A stretch of DNA of 64,000 nucleotides from Gammaproteobacteria bacterium (GTDB lineage Bacteria; Pseudomonadota; Gammaproteobacteria; Eutrophobiales; Eutrophobiaceae). The translations under genes and the position numbers were made by a program. Of the stretch, positions 29,663 to 41,180 are shown in pieces. Where the stretch lies: assembly GCA_965215365.1 (NCBI GenBank), contig CBDCDS010000003.1, forward strand, positions 1,632,001-1,696,000. Reading direction: 5' to 3'. Below the pieces are notes generated by a model that had not been told where the DNA came from, did not search any database, and saw nothing but the letters and a program-made list of their open reading frames with translations. Each line of letters starts with the position of its first letter. The stretch's first letter is position 1.

Positions 29663-31334
29663 CCCAAATCCCGCGATAGAGATTTGAAACAGGCACTTGG
29701 GGTGTATTTTGCTGGTTGGTAGTGCCTGTTTACCGGCAATCGGCTATAAGCTACCCGGATACCGGGGAGGTTGACCGTAGTCTGGTGTCGGATTGGGGTC
29801 ATATCTGGCGCCTGACCCGGTGCTGTCCGACAACACGGACAGGGGGACCCGTCCCCGGCTGGCCGGGGGGATGGCAAGTGCATGACTTGGCGCGGCTACG
29901 CCGCGTGGGGGAGTGGCGGCGGCCGCTCTGGCGGAGCTAACGCCGCCAGCAGGGTCTTAATCAGATCGGCCTGGTCGGTGCGAAACTTCACAAACACCCG
30001 GCGCGCATGGGACACTACCTTGGCGGCTAAGGCCACCACTCGCCAACGGAAGGTGGGCGCCCGGCAGGTGTGCCATTCGGGCGGCAGGGAGTGACGCAGC
30101 AGCACAAACAGGTTATAGGCGGTCACACACAGGTGGAAGTACAGGGCATTGGCATCAAACTGGCCGCACGGCAGGCGCTCGCCGGCGAAGTCACACTTTA
30201 ATTCCTTAATCCGGTTCTCCGAGTCCTCCCCGCGCCGGTTGTACCAGTGGACTATTTCGCTGTCAGTCAAGGTGTCTCGATTCGTTGCCAACGCCCGGTA
30301 GATATAGCGCCCATCGGTCATCGTGGTCGTATCATCCGGCCCGTTCTCATTCTCACCGAAGTCCAGGCACCGTTGCCCACGCTTGCGATAACGCTGCACC
30401 ACCAGCGTGAAGGGGGTCGGGTGCTTGTCCATCGCCCACACGCCCCGACACGTATCCTGCCCAGCCACCACCGCCCCCTCCCGCACGAGCGGCGCCCAAG
30501 CCGACTCCGGGCGCTCGGCTATCCACGCCTTCATGGACTGACTGCGCTTGGCCCGTATCGCGTATTCCAGCTTATGGGTCTGGCAATAGGCCAACACCGC
30601 CCCCTGATACCCCGCCGCATCGACCCGCAGGTGCGTCACACGCACCCCCGCCGGCAACCCCGCCACACAGGTCTTGATAAACCCCGCATTGTCCTCAGCC
30701 GGGGGGACATTCCCAGCCCGGAACGCACACCCTACCACCTGCCCGGTCTCGCTGATATGCCCCAGCATCGGCATATAGCCCCGCTCCCCCAGATACGTCC
30801 GCCGTGCCTCGCGCTTATCCGCCAGCGCCGGCGTGGCGTCAATGTCCAAGGTCACCTCGCTACAGCCCCGCAAGGTCAGTCCCACCAAACGCCGGTTTAT
30901 CGCTGCCAACGCCTCGATGCCTACCTCGTCTTCACCCAGGCGCCGCAACCAATCCCCCAGCATGTCGGCGCTCGGCAAGCGTCGCAACCCCAGCAGCTTA
31001 CGCAACGCCCGGTCCTCACGAATATGACGTACATCCTCTAAACAACGCGCCCCCTCGTGCAGCATCAGCATCCATAACGTCACCACCTCAGCAGGGGGGT
31101 AGCCCCGGTTGCTGCCAGGCCGGGGAAATGCCTGCTCAACCCAGGATGAAAACCCAATCCGCCGCATCAGTTCGGCCACACACAACAACCCGCCGCGACC
31201 GGTCAATAAATCATTGGTCTTTGCTATGGTATAAGGTAAGATGTGCATAAGCCTTGCCTGTTGCACCCATCGGGTGATAGTCATAAGGTTCACAAGACAT
31301 TATACAGACAAGGCTTTTTTCATTCTTGGACTTT

Positions 31335-31351
<17 letters not shown>
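29663..31351 (-). mobile_element. IS1380-family insertion sequence
   Basis: TIRs CCCAAATCCCGCGATAGA and CCCTAATCCCGCCTTAGA (reverse complement); 6-bp target duplication GATCTT at 29657-29662 and 31352-31357. Confidence 0.9.
29896..31248 (-). CDS. IS1380-family transposase (DDE_Tnp_1_4)
   Basis: LTGRGGL, VTLDIDAT, GYMPM, FRAGN, LRVDAAGY, YNRRGEDSENRIKELK and FDANALYF. Confidence 0.92.
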   Translation of the reverse strand: MHILPYTIAKTNDLLTGRGGLLCVAELMRRIGFSSWVEQAFPRPGSNRGYPPAEVVTLWMLMLHEGARCLEDVRHIREDRALRKLLGLRRLPSADMLGDWLRRLGEDEVGIEALAAINRRLVGLTLRGCSEVTLDIDATPALADKREARRTYLGERGYMPMLGHISETGQVVGCAFRAGNVPPAEDNAGFIKTCVAGLPAGVRVTHLRVDAAGYQGAVLAYCQTHKLEYAIRAKRSQSMKAWIAERPESAWAPLVREGAVVAGQDTCRGVWAMDKHPTPFTLVVQRYRKRGQRCLDFGENENGPDDTTTMTDGRYIYRALATNRDTLTDSEIVHWYNRRGEDSENRIKELKCDFAGERLPCGQFDANALYFHLCVTAYNLFVLLRHSLPPEWHTCRAPTFRWRVVALAAKVVSHARRVFVKFRTDQADLIKTLLAALAPPERPPPLPHAA

Positions 31352-33179
<1,828 letters not shown>

Positions 33180-33189
33180 TTATCCCCCC

Positions 33190-34770
33190 TCATTCCAGCC
33201 GCGTAAACTGTTTCGGATCAAACGCATTACGCACCCCTTCGCCGACAAACACGCACAGCAGGATGACCAGGAACAGCGCCAGACTGGGGTACAGGATCAG
33301 CCACCAGTACGCCTGTCCCTGAGCCTGGGCCAGCAATTGCCCCCAGGAGGCGGTAGGCGGCGGCAGGCCGAAGCCCAAATAGTCCAGCGCCGCCAGGGTG
33401 CCGATGGCGCCCACCAGGGAGAATGGGAAGAAGGTGGTCAGCGGCACCAGCGCGTTGGGCAGGATATGACGAAACAGGATTTTCCGGTCCGGCAGCCCCA
33501 GGCAGCGGGCGGCCTCGACAAACTGCTGGTTGCGCAGGCGCAGGAACTCGGCGCGCATGTAGTAGGAGATGCCGATCCAGTTGAACAAACCGTACACCAG
33601 CAGTAACAGCGTGAAACTCTGACCATATACGGACCCCAGCAGGATCAGCACGTACAGGAACGGCAGCGCCTCCCAGATCTCGGTCAGGCGCTGGCCGGTG
33701 AGGTCTATCGCGCCGCCGTAGTAACCCTGGATGGCGCCGATGATGGTGCCCATGAACAGGGATGCCACCACCAGCAGCAAGCCGAAGTTGAGCGAGGTGC
33801 GCAGGCCGTAGAAGATCCGCGCCAGCACATCCCGACCGGTATCATCCAGCCCGAACAGGTGCGGCCCCACCGGACGGAACGGGAAGCGCACATCTTCCTT
33901 GTCAAAGCTGAGGCGGTACTGTGCGCCCTCATGCTCTAGGCGCAGGTCACCGACTGGCACCGTCACCCGGTTCTCGGCCAGCCGCCGGATTTCCTGCCGT
34001 TGCGCGCCCGTCAGCCCTTGCCATAAGTCTCCCGAGGCGCTGACCTGCCCGGCCTCAGGCGTGTACAGCCAAATTTCTTCCTGCTGCTGCGCCGCGCGTT
34101 CGCGTAGCACTACGCGTACCGTTTCCGGGCGCCGGTTGCGAGGTCGGTACGGCGACAGGTGCAGTTCCACCGCTGGCAGGTCCGTGAAAACCTGCATGTA
34201 AGAGTCGTCCGCCAGATTATCAAAACGCTGTCTTAAGGCCTGCAGAAATGGCTCCGGCAACGCATACACCGCGCTGAGGTCAGTCCCTGCGACAGCTTCA
34301 TACTCTGCCGGGAAAAACCACGCGGCGCGCTGTTCACGGCGTATGCTCAGGTCGGTGTCGATATCCACGGAACCCACCCGGGGGGTGCGGCGCACCCGGA
34401 TCTGCACCTCGTTGCCCACCGGAATGGACTCGGCCTTGATGATCTCCTGAGGTCCGAACGGCAGCAGCGGGAAGATCATGAAATTCTCTTCATTGTCCGC
34501 AAACGCAGGCGTGGCATTGATGGCCTTATAGTCCGGGCGGGTGAGCCGGCCACTGCCGGTAAAGGTATCCTCCGGGTAGAACAACAGTACCGGGAAATAA
34601 GACTTGCCCTGATACTGCACATACAGCGGCCGGTCGTTGCAGAACACCTCCGCCACTAGGCTGGTCAGGTACAAAAAGACGATGATCAGCAAGGAATAAT
34701 ACGCCCGTCGGTAGTCGCGAAACCGCTGCAGACGCTTGCGCGTGATCGGGTTGATAGCGCGGTTAATCAT
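33190..34770 (-). CDS. yejE: Peptide ABC transporter permease YejE type, with enlarged periplasmic region
   Basis: KRLQRFR...RAYYSL, NDRPL, GLDDTGRDVLARIFYG, MRAEFLR, LDYLGFGLPP and GEGVRNAFDP. Confidence 0.88.
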   Translation of the reverse strand: MINRAINPITRKRLQRFRDYRRAYYSLLIIVFLYLTSLVAEVFCNDRPLYVQYQGKSYFPVLLFYPEDTFTGSGRLTRPDYKAINATPAFADNEENFMIFPLLPFGPQEIIKAESIPVGNEVQIRVRRTPRVGSVDIDTDLSIRREQRAAWFFPAEYEAVAGTDLSAVYALPEPFLQALRQRFDNLADDSYMQVFTDLPAVELHLSPYRPRNRRPETVRVVLRERAAQQQEEIWLYTPEAGQVSASGDLWQGLTGAQRQEIRRLAENRVTVPVGDLRLEHEGAQYRLSFDKEDVRFPFRPVGPHLFGLDDTGRDVLARIFYGLRTSLNFGLLLVVASLFMGTIIGAIQGYYGGAIDLTGQRLTEIWEALPFLYVLILLGSVYGQSFTLLLLVYGLFNWIGISYYMRAEFLRLRNQQFVEAARCLGLPDRKILFRHILPNALVPLTTFFPFSLVGAIGTLAALDYLGFGLPPPTASWGQLLAQAQGQAYWWLILYPSLALFLVILLCVFVGEGVRNAFDPKQFTRLE

Positions 34771-35810
34771 GCGTCAAAATGTATGCGCGGATCCACGAAC
34801 ATGTAGCAGATATCCGAGAAAATTCTGCCCACCAGTCCCAGTATTGACGTCAGCGCCAGGATGCCCATGAACACCATGTAGTCGCGGCTGACGATGGCCT
34901 CTAGGCTGAGCAGGCCCATGCCGGGGATTTCAAATACCTTCTCTATCAGCACCGAACCGGCGAAGATCAGGGTGAAGATGCTGCCGAAGCCGGTGGCAAT
35001 CGGGATCAGTGAGTTACGGAACGCATGTCCCCATATCGCGCGGCGGAAAGTGGCGCCTTTGGCCAGCACGGTGCGCACGTAATCCTGGCTGATTTGCTCC
35101 AGCAGGCTGTTTTTCATCAGCAGAGTCAGCACTGCGAAGTTGCCGATCATGTAGCAGGTAACCGGCAGACACATGTGCATGAACAAGTCCTTGGCCTTGT
35201 CCACGGTGGACAATTCGGCAAAGTTCTCGGAGGTAAAGCCGCTCACCGGGAAGATGTCCCACAACCCCTCGGTCGTCCCGGACAGCAGCATCTTCAGCAA
35301 CATACCGAATGCGAACGCCGGGATGGCGTAACCGATGAACACCAGCACGCTGCTGGAGATATCGAACCAGGAGCCGTTGCGGATGGCCTTGGCCACCCCC
35401 AGTGGAACACACACCAGGTAGGTCAGGAAGAACCCGGCAAGGCCGAAGCTGAGCGATACCGGAAAGCGCTCCGTGATGAGCTCCAGCACGGTCTTGTTGG
35501 GGTACTTCCAGGAACTCACAGTCATACCGATGTGGTCCTGTGCCAGCCATTTCCAGTAGCGTTGCAGCAGTGGCTTGTCAAAGCCGAAATGCTGCTCCAG
35601 TGCCTGGCGCTGCTCCGGCGAGATGCCGCTGGGCCCGGCGCTCGCGGCGGCGTCAACCGAGCCCTCACCAATGCCGCGCATACTCATAAGTGCCTGCTCC
35701 ACCGGCCCGCCGGGGATGAACTGGCACAACGCGAAACAGGCAAAGGTAATGCCGATAAAGGTGGGAATGACCAGCAACAAGCGCCTGATGACGTAGTGGG
35801 TGCGTTCCAT
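34767..35810 (-). CDS. yejB: Peptide ABC transporter permease YejB type
   Basis: RRLLLVIPT, QFIPGGPVEQ, FGFDKPL, KAIRNGSWFD and VDPRIHF. Confidence 0.92.
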   Translation of the reverse strand: MERTHYVIRRLLLVIPTFIGITFACFALCQFIPGGPVEQALMSMRGIGEGSVDAAASAGPSGISPEQRQALEQHFGFDKPLLQRYWKWLAQDHIGMTVSSWKYPNKTVLELITERFPVSLSFGLAGFFLTYLVCVPLGVAKAIRNGSWFDISSSVLVFIGYAIPAFAFGMLLKMLLSGTTEGLWDIFPVSGFTSENFAELSTVDKAKDLFMHMCLPVTCYMIGNFAVLTLLMKNSLLEQISQDYVRTVLAKGATFRRAIWGHAFRNSLIPIATGFGSIFTLIFAGSVLIEKVFEIPGMGLLSLEAIVSRDYMVFMGILALTSILGLVGRIFSDICYMFVDPRIHFDA

Positions 35811-35812
35811 CG

Positions 35813-37594
35813 CTACTCAAAGACATCATCAAAACGGATCACGGCATCCCGTGCCGGCAGCGGCAGTTGCGTCTCCTGCGCATACTCCAGGTCCGCGGCG
35901 GCATCTTCGTCGTACCACCAGAACAGGTAGGCGCCGGCCTCGCCGGCATACTTGGGCAGCACGGTGTCCGGCACGCCGAACTTGTTCCAGTACAACAGGC
36001 GCCGGTAGTTCAGGTTCCAGAGCAGTATATAGGGAATATCGTTGGCCAGGATGGTGTCAATCTCCCGTATCGTAGCGTGGCGCCGGTTGAGGTCGAACTC
36101 CGTGCGCAAGCCGTCTATCATGGCATCTACCGCAGGGTTTTTGTAACCGGTGATGTTCTGTCCGCCGGGACGGTCAGCCTCGCGCGAGTGCCACAGCGAT
36201 TCCGGGTCCTTGAACATGGACGCGCCCCAGGCCGCCCAGGTCATGTCGAAATTGAACTCGTCCATATCTTTCACCCAGGCCGCCCAATCCTTGCGCACGA
36301 TTTCCAGTTGAATGCCAACGTCATTTAAGTCTTCCCGGTAGATAGCCAGATACTTGTCCGAGGATTGGTTGCGGGTGAGGAAATGGATGATGAACGGCTG
36401 GCCGTTCTTTTCCAGCAGGCCGGTGTTCGGGTCGGCGCGCCAGCCGGCCGCCGCCAGCAGGTGCCGCGCCTGTTCCTTATCGAAGCGTAGCGCCGGCCCC
36501 TGGCAGGGCCGGTCCGCGTCGTACAGGTCTTCAAAGTAGCAGCGATGCAGAAAATAGGATTCATACATCAGCGTGCGGTTCATTTTTTCCCGGTTCAGCA
36601 GGTGCGCCAGGGCCAGACGCACGCGCCGATCGGCAAACTTGTCCCGGCGCAGGTTCATGGCAAAACCCTGGAAACCGATGGGGTTGTAGTTATAGACCTC
36701 CTGCTTGATAATCCAGTTGTTGTCGTAGGCCGCGCCGCGGGTTTCCGCGGCCCAGCGCGACGCGGTATAGACCGGGTAGAAGTCCAGGTTGCCGGTCTTG
36801 AACTCGGCGAAGGCGTTTTCCCGCTCGGCAAAAAAGCGGAACTTCAGGCGCTCGAAATTGGCAACGCCGGCGGCGCCCGGCAGCTGCCGACGCCACCAGT
36901 CCTGCCGACGCTTGAGAGTCAGCGCGCGCCCTTCCCGGAGCGTTGCCACCATGTAAGGTCCCGCCACCACCGGGAACTCGAAGTTGATTTTATTAAAGTC
37001 CCGGTCCTTGAAGACATGCGCCGGCAGCACGTGGAATGACCCCAGCGACAGCAGGTTCTTCCAGTGCACTTCCTTGGCAGTGAAGCGTAGCGTGCGGTCA
37101 TCGATCACTTGCGGCGCATGAAAGCGCTCAAAATTGATCTTGTGCGGCCCGGTGAGATTTTTCGGGTCCATCACTGCGGCGTAAGTCCAGGCCACATCCT
37201 GAGCGCGGATCGGCATGCCATCGCTCCACTTAGCGCGCGCGTCCAGCCGGAACTCAAAGCTCAGCCGGTCTGCGGACACCGACCAGGAGTCCGCCAGCCC
37301 CGGTTCGAACTCCAGCGTCAGGCCGTTGTTACTAAGCAGGGTTTCAAACAGCAGGTTGAACACCCGGCTGGAGGTCACGGTGGTGTCCAGGTAGTAATTA
37401 AAACTCTTGGGGAACGGCCCCGACCAGAACTTGAATTCCCCGCCGGGGTAGGCGTCAGGACTGGCAAACGGCGACGGACGCGGCTGCCACTCCGGCGCCG
37501 GATAAACCTGCGCCGCCACGCCGGGCAGCAAGCCGGGCAATATGCTCAGCAACAGGTAAAGTTTGTGCATGGTACGGTTTTTCACAGACTGCAC
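35813..37594 (-). CDS. yejA: Peptide ABC transporter substrate-binding protein YejA type
   Basis: Signal peptide; PDAYPGG, FAMNLRRDKFADRRVRLAL and C-terminal WWYD. Confidence 0.88.
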   Translation of the reverse strand: MQSVKNRTMHKLYLLLSILPGLLPGVAAQVYPAPEWQPRPSPFASPDAYPGGEFKFWSGPFPKSFNYYLDTTVTSSRVFNLLFETLLSNNGLTLEFEPGLADSWSVSADRLSFEFRLDARAKWSDGMPIRAQDVAWTYAAVMDPKNLTGPHKINFERFHAPQVIDDRTLRFTAKEVHWKNLLSLGSFHVLPAHVFKDRDFNKINFEFPVVAGPYMVATLREGRALTLKRRQDWWRRQLPGAAGVANFERLKFRFFAERENAFAEFKTGNLDFYPVYTASRWAAETRGAAYDNNWIIKQEVYNYNPIGFQGFAMNLRRDKFADRRVRLALAHLLNREKMNRTLMYESYFLHRCYFEDLYDADRPCQGPALRFDKEQARHLLAAAGWRADPNTGLLEKNGQPFIIHFLTRNQSSDKYLAIYREDLNDVGIQLEIVRKDWAAWVKDMDEFNFDMTWAAWGASMFKDPESLWHSREADRPGGQNITGYKNPAVDAMIDGLRTEFDLNRRHATIREIDTILANDIPYILLWNLNYRRLLYWNKFGVPDTVLPKYAGEAGAYLFWWYDEDAAADLEYAQETQLPLPARDAVIRFDDVFE

Positions 37595-37640
37595 AGATTA
37601 ACACAGATTGTGCTTGCGTTAATCTGCGCCAGCTGCGGAT
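37583..37640. repeat. Repeat family C palindrome
   Basis: CACAGACTGCACAGATTAACACAG...GCGTTAATCTGCGCCAGCTGCGG, similar to the 26644/26871 arms. Confidence 0.6.
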
Positions 37641-37685
37641 AAATCTTCCGGGTCATCCACCGCTAATCGTGGTATTTTATCTCCC

Positions 37686-38858
37686 ATGGCTCCTCTGCAC
37701 GAGATTGGTTTTTCCCTGTTCCTGATTTTCACCGGCGCCGCGGCGCTGGCTACCGTGGCGTTGTATGCGCGTCAGGCGATTATCGTCGCCTATATCATAC
37801 TGGGCGTGATCCTCGGCCCCTGGGGCCTGGGGCTGCTCAGTGATGCTCAGTTGATCGCCGATATCTCCCATATCGGTATCATTTTCCTGCTCTACCTGCT
37901 GGGCCTGGACCTGATACCGCAGGAATTATGGAAGATGCTGGGCGAGGCGATGTGGGTCACGTTACTGAGCTCGCTGGTGTTTTTTGTGGCAGGTTTCGCC
38001 ATTGCCCTGGGCTTCAGTTATCCGTTGCACGAAGCGGTTCTGATCGGTTCTGTCATGATGTTTTCCAGCACCATCATCGGTGTGAAACTGTTACCCACCA
38101 CCGCCTTGCATCACCGCCATTCGGGGCAGATGATTATCAGCGTCCTGTTAATCCAGGACTTGATTGCAATCGTCATCCTGCTGATGCTGCAAGGTTACGG
38201 CAAGAACGACCAGTTGCTGCTTGACATCACCCGGCAGCTGCTGACCCTGCCGCTGCTGATCCTGATTTCCTGGTTTTTCAATCGCTACGTGATCGTCAAA
38301 CTGATCAGTCGCTTTGACCAGATCCATGAATACATTTTCCTGCTGGCCATTGCCTGGTGCCTGGCTATTGCGGAAGTGGCGGCGCTGCTGGGTCTGTCGT
38401 ATGAGATCGGCGCGTTCATCGCCGGCATCACCCTAGCGTCCAGCCCCATCGCCCCGTTCATTACCATGAATCTGAAACCGCTGCGGGATTTCTTCTTGGT
38501 GCTGTTTTTCTTTTCCTTAGGTGCCGGCTTTAACATGGGTATCATCTCACAAATCATCCTGCCGGCGGCGGCGCTGGCAGCCTGTACCCTGGTGCTCAAA
38601 CCCTTTGTTTTTGAGAAACTGTTTGTCAAGGCCAATGAAAAACGGTCAATTTCCAGGGAAGTGGGCTATCGGCTGGGAACGATCAGCGAGTTCTCCCTGC
38701 TGGTTGCAGTCATGGCGGCACAGACAAATTTTATCGAGCAGAGCACGTCGTACATGATCCAGCTGGCGACATTGATTACCTTTGTCATTTCCTCGGGCAT
38801 TGTGGTGATGAATTTCCGCACCCCGATTGCGGTCTCAGCTCGCTTGCGCCGCGATTGA
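37686..38858 (+). CDS. Cation:proton antiporter (CPA2 family)
   Basis: About 12 TM segments; FLLYLLGLD, FSSTIIGVKLL, LLIQD, GAFIAG and PLRDFF. Confidence 0.9.
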   Translation: MAPLHEIGFSLFLIFTGAAALATVALYARQAIIVAYIILGVILGPWGLGLLSDAQLIADISHIGIIFLLYLLGLDLIPQELWKMLGEAMWVTLLSSLVFFVAGFAIALGFSYPLHEAVLIGSVMMFSSTIIGVKLLPTTALHHRHSGQMIISVLLIQDLIAIVILLMLQGYGKNDQLLLDITRQLLTLPLLILISWFFNRYVIVKLISRFDQIHEYIFLLAIAWCLAIAEVAALLGLSYEIGAFIAGITLASSPIAPFITMNLKPLRDFFLVLFFFSLGAGFNMGIISQIILPAAALAACTLVLKPFVFEKLFVKANEKRSISREVGYRLGTISEFSLLVAVMAAQTNFIEQSTSYMIQLATLITFVISSGIVVMNFRTPIAVSARLRRD

Positions 38859-38963
38859 CTGTGCCCCAAGCGGTCCGGTTGAGCCGTAGCCGCAGTAACC
38901 GCCCTGCCGTTGCAGTAACCGTTATAATGACGGGTGCTCCCTGCGCAACACCGGAAAATAATC

Positions 38964-39572
38964 ATGTTTGAGAAAAAAGCGATCACCTCGGTTCCTGTGA
39001 ATAACCTGCTGGCCCGGCGCTGGAGCGGCGTGTCATACGACCCCGCACGGCCGGTGGAGGCGGACAAACTCAGCGCTTGTATCGAAGCGGCAAGGTGGGC
39101 GCCGTCCTGCTACGGCGCGCAGCCCTGGAGTTTTATTATCTGTGATCGCAGCCGCGACGAGTCGGCATGGCAGGCGGCCCTGGCCTGCCTGGTGGAGGGC
39201 AATCGTGATTGGGCGCAACAGGCGCCGGTACTCATCCTGGCGCTGGCTCGGGAGCATTTTCAGCATAACGACAAGCCCAACCGCTGGGCGCAGTACGACA
39301 CCGGCGCCGCCGCCGTCAGCCTGTGTTTGCAGGCTACCGAGCTGGGTCTGATGGCGCACCAGATGGGTGGTTTCGATGCGGACCGGTCTATAACAGCATT
39401 CGGCATCCCCGCAGGGCACACCCCCATGGCCATGATTGCCCTCGGCTACCAAACCGCACAGGAAGAGGTTCCGGCAGCACGCCAAGAGCGGGAATTTGCG
39501 CCGAGAAAACGCAATCCTGTTGCAGAACATTTCTTCTTTGGGGCGTGGGGGAAGGGTAGTCAAAGCAATTAA
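38964..39572 (+). CDS. Nitroreductase family protein
   Basis: RRWSG, EAARWAPSCYGAQPW, YDTGAA and HQMGGFD. Confidence 0.92.
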   Translation: MFEKKAITSVPVNNLLARRWSGVSYDPARPVEADKLSACIEAARWAPSCYGAQPWSFIICDRSRDESAWQAALACLVEGNRDWAQQAPVLILALAREHFQHNDKPNRWAQYDTGAAAVSLCLQATELGLMAHQMGGFDADRSITAFGIPAGHTPMAMIALGYQTAQEEVPAARQEREFAPRKRNPVAEHFFFGAWGKGSQSN

Positions 39573-39632
39573 CATAGATGGACGGGATAGACAGGATTTC
39601 TTTGCTGTTCATCCTGTCTGTCCTGTACGTCA

Positions 39633-40937
39633 ATGTTAACTCAACATAGCCGTCTGCTGCGTCTGGCGGGTCCGTTAGTCCTGTCCAACCTGACGGTGGC
39701 CTTGCAGGGCATGGTCGATACGGCAGTAGTCGGCCACCTGGATACACCGGCGTACATCGGTGCAGTGGCGGTGGCCAATGTGATCTTCAGCTTCCTTTAC
39801 TGGGGCATGGGCTTTTTGCGTATGAGTACGGTGGGCATCGTCGCCCAGCTCATGGGCGCTGATAATCCTGAGCGTCTGCGCGCGGCGCTGTTGCACAGTT
39901 GTTTTCTCGGCGCCGTCATTGCCCTGGCCATCCTGTTATTACAGACCCCGGTAGTGCGTCTGGGGCTGAACCTGCTCGGTGGCAGCGCCGCGGTCAGGGC
40001 CAATGCGCAGGTCTATTTTTACTGGGCGGTGTGGAGCGCACCGGCGGTCTTGCTGAATATGACCTGTGTGGGGTGGCTGCTGGGCCTGCACAATGCCCGC
40101 GCCACGCTGTACATCGCCCTGCTGATTGGCGCGCTGAATATGCTGCTGGACCTGGTGTTCGTGTTTGGTCTGCACCTAGATGTGCGCGGCGTGGCGCTGG
40201 CGTCGGTCGTGGCCCAGTATTGTGGTTGCGCACTCGCAGGGTATTTTATTGTCGGTGAGTTGCGGCGGCGTCCGGGGCCGTGGAGCAAGTCGGTTATTCT
40301 CAACCGCAAGGACTTTGCCGGTTTGTTGGCGCTGAACCAGAATATTTTTATCAGGACCTTGTGCCTGATCTTCGCCTTCGCATTTTTTACCCGGCAAGGC
40401 GCCCAGCAGGGGGAACTGGTGCTGGCGGCCAACGCCGTGCTGATCAATTTCATGTTGCTGGTAGCGCTCGGTCTGGACGGGTTTGCCAATGCTGCAGAAG
40501 CCCTGGTAGGCAAGGCTATCGGCGCCGGTGACCGGACGCAATTACAAAAATCTGTGCAGGCCGCCATGCTCTGGGGTGGCGCCGTGGCGCTGCTGTATGC
40601 CCTGTTATTTGTGCTGGCCGGCAACGGGCTGGTCAACCTGATGACCAACCTGGAGCCGGTGCGGGAGACCGCCGGCCAATACCTGCCCTGGATGATGGCA
40701 GCGCCGGTTATTTCGGTCTGGTGCTTCCTGCTGGATGGGATCTTTATCGGCGCCACCCGCGGGCGCGAGCTCAGAAACGCCATGCTGTTCTCCACCCTTA
40801 TCGTTTACCTCCCTTGCTGGTATCTGTTGCAGGACTTCGGCAACCACGGCCTATGGCTGGCGCTGATGGCATTTTTCATCGCCCGCACACTGAGCCTGTT
40901 GTGGTACTACCGCAATGCTTCAAAGTGGATTAGTTGA
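39633..40937 (+). CDS. dinF: MATE efflux transporter (DinF-like)
   Basis: VDTAVVGHL, GFLRMST, LDGFANAAEALVG, LDGIFIGAT and GNHGLW. Confidence 0.9.
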   Translation: MLTQHSRLLRLAGPLVLSNLTVALQGMVDTAVVGHLDTPAYIGAVAVANVIFSFLYWGMGFLRMSTVGIVAQLMGADNPERLRAALLHSCFLGAVIALAILLLQTPVVRLGLNLLGGSAAVRANAQVYFYWAVWSAPAVLLNMTCVGWLLGLHNARATLYIALLIGALNMLLDLVFVFGLHLDVRGVALASVVAQYCGCALAGYFIVGELRRRPGPWSKSVILNRKDFAGLLALNQNIFIRTLCLIFAFAFFTRQGAQQGELVLAANAVLINFMLLVALGLDGFANAAEALVGKAIGAGDRTQLQKSVQAAMLWGGAVALLYALLFVLAGNGLVNLMTNLEPVRETAGQYLPWMMAAPVISVWCFLLDGIFIGATRGRELRNAMLFSTLIVYLPCWYLLQDFGNHGLWLALMAFFIARTLSLLWYYRNASKWIS

Positions 40938-40975
40938 CATGGATGCCCCACAAGAATCAAAAAAGCCTGTCCGGT

Positions 40976-41133
40976 GCAGCAGATTGGTCGAGGGCGACCT
41001 GCTATCGCTGGTTGAAGCGGTATCGTGAATGTGGGCTGAGGGGTCTGGGGACTGCCTCTCGTGCGCCGCGACGGCGGCGTGTGCGGCAGCGGGCACGCCA
41101 GCACGAGCAGCAGCAGGTCTTGCACCTGCGCCA
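40976..41133 (+). pseudogene. IS481 transposase HTH fragment
   Basis: WSRATCYRWLKRYRECGLRGLGTASRAPRRRRV...HEQQQVLHLRQ, closely similar to the transposase at 1798-2853. Confidence 0.88.
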
Positions 41134-41180
41134 ATGCTCTGCTAGACTGACCGCTCTTGTGTAACCTGTCAAGGAGCGCT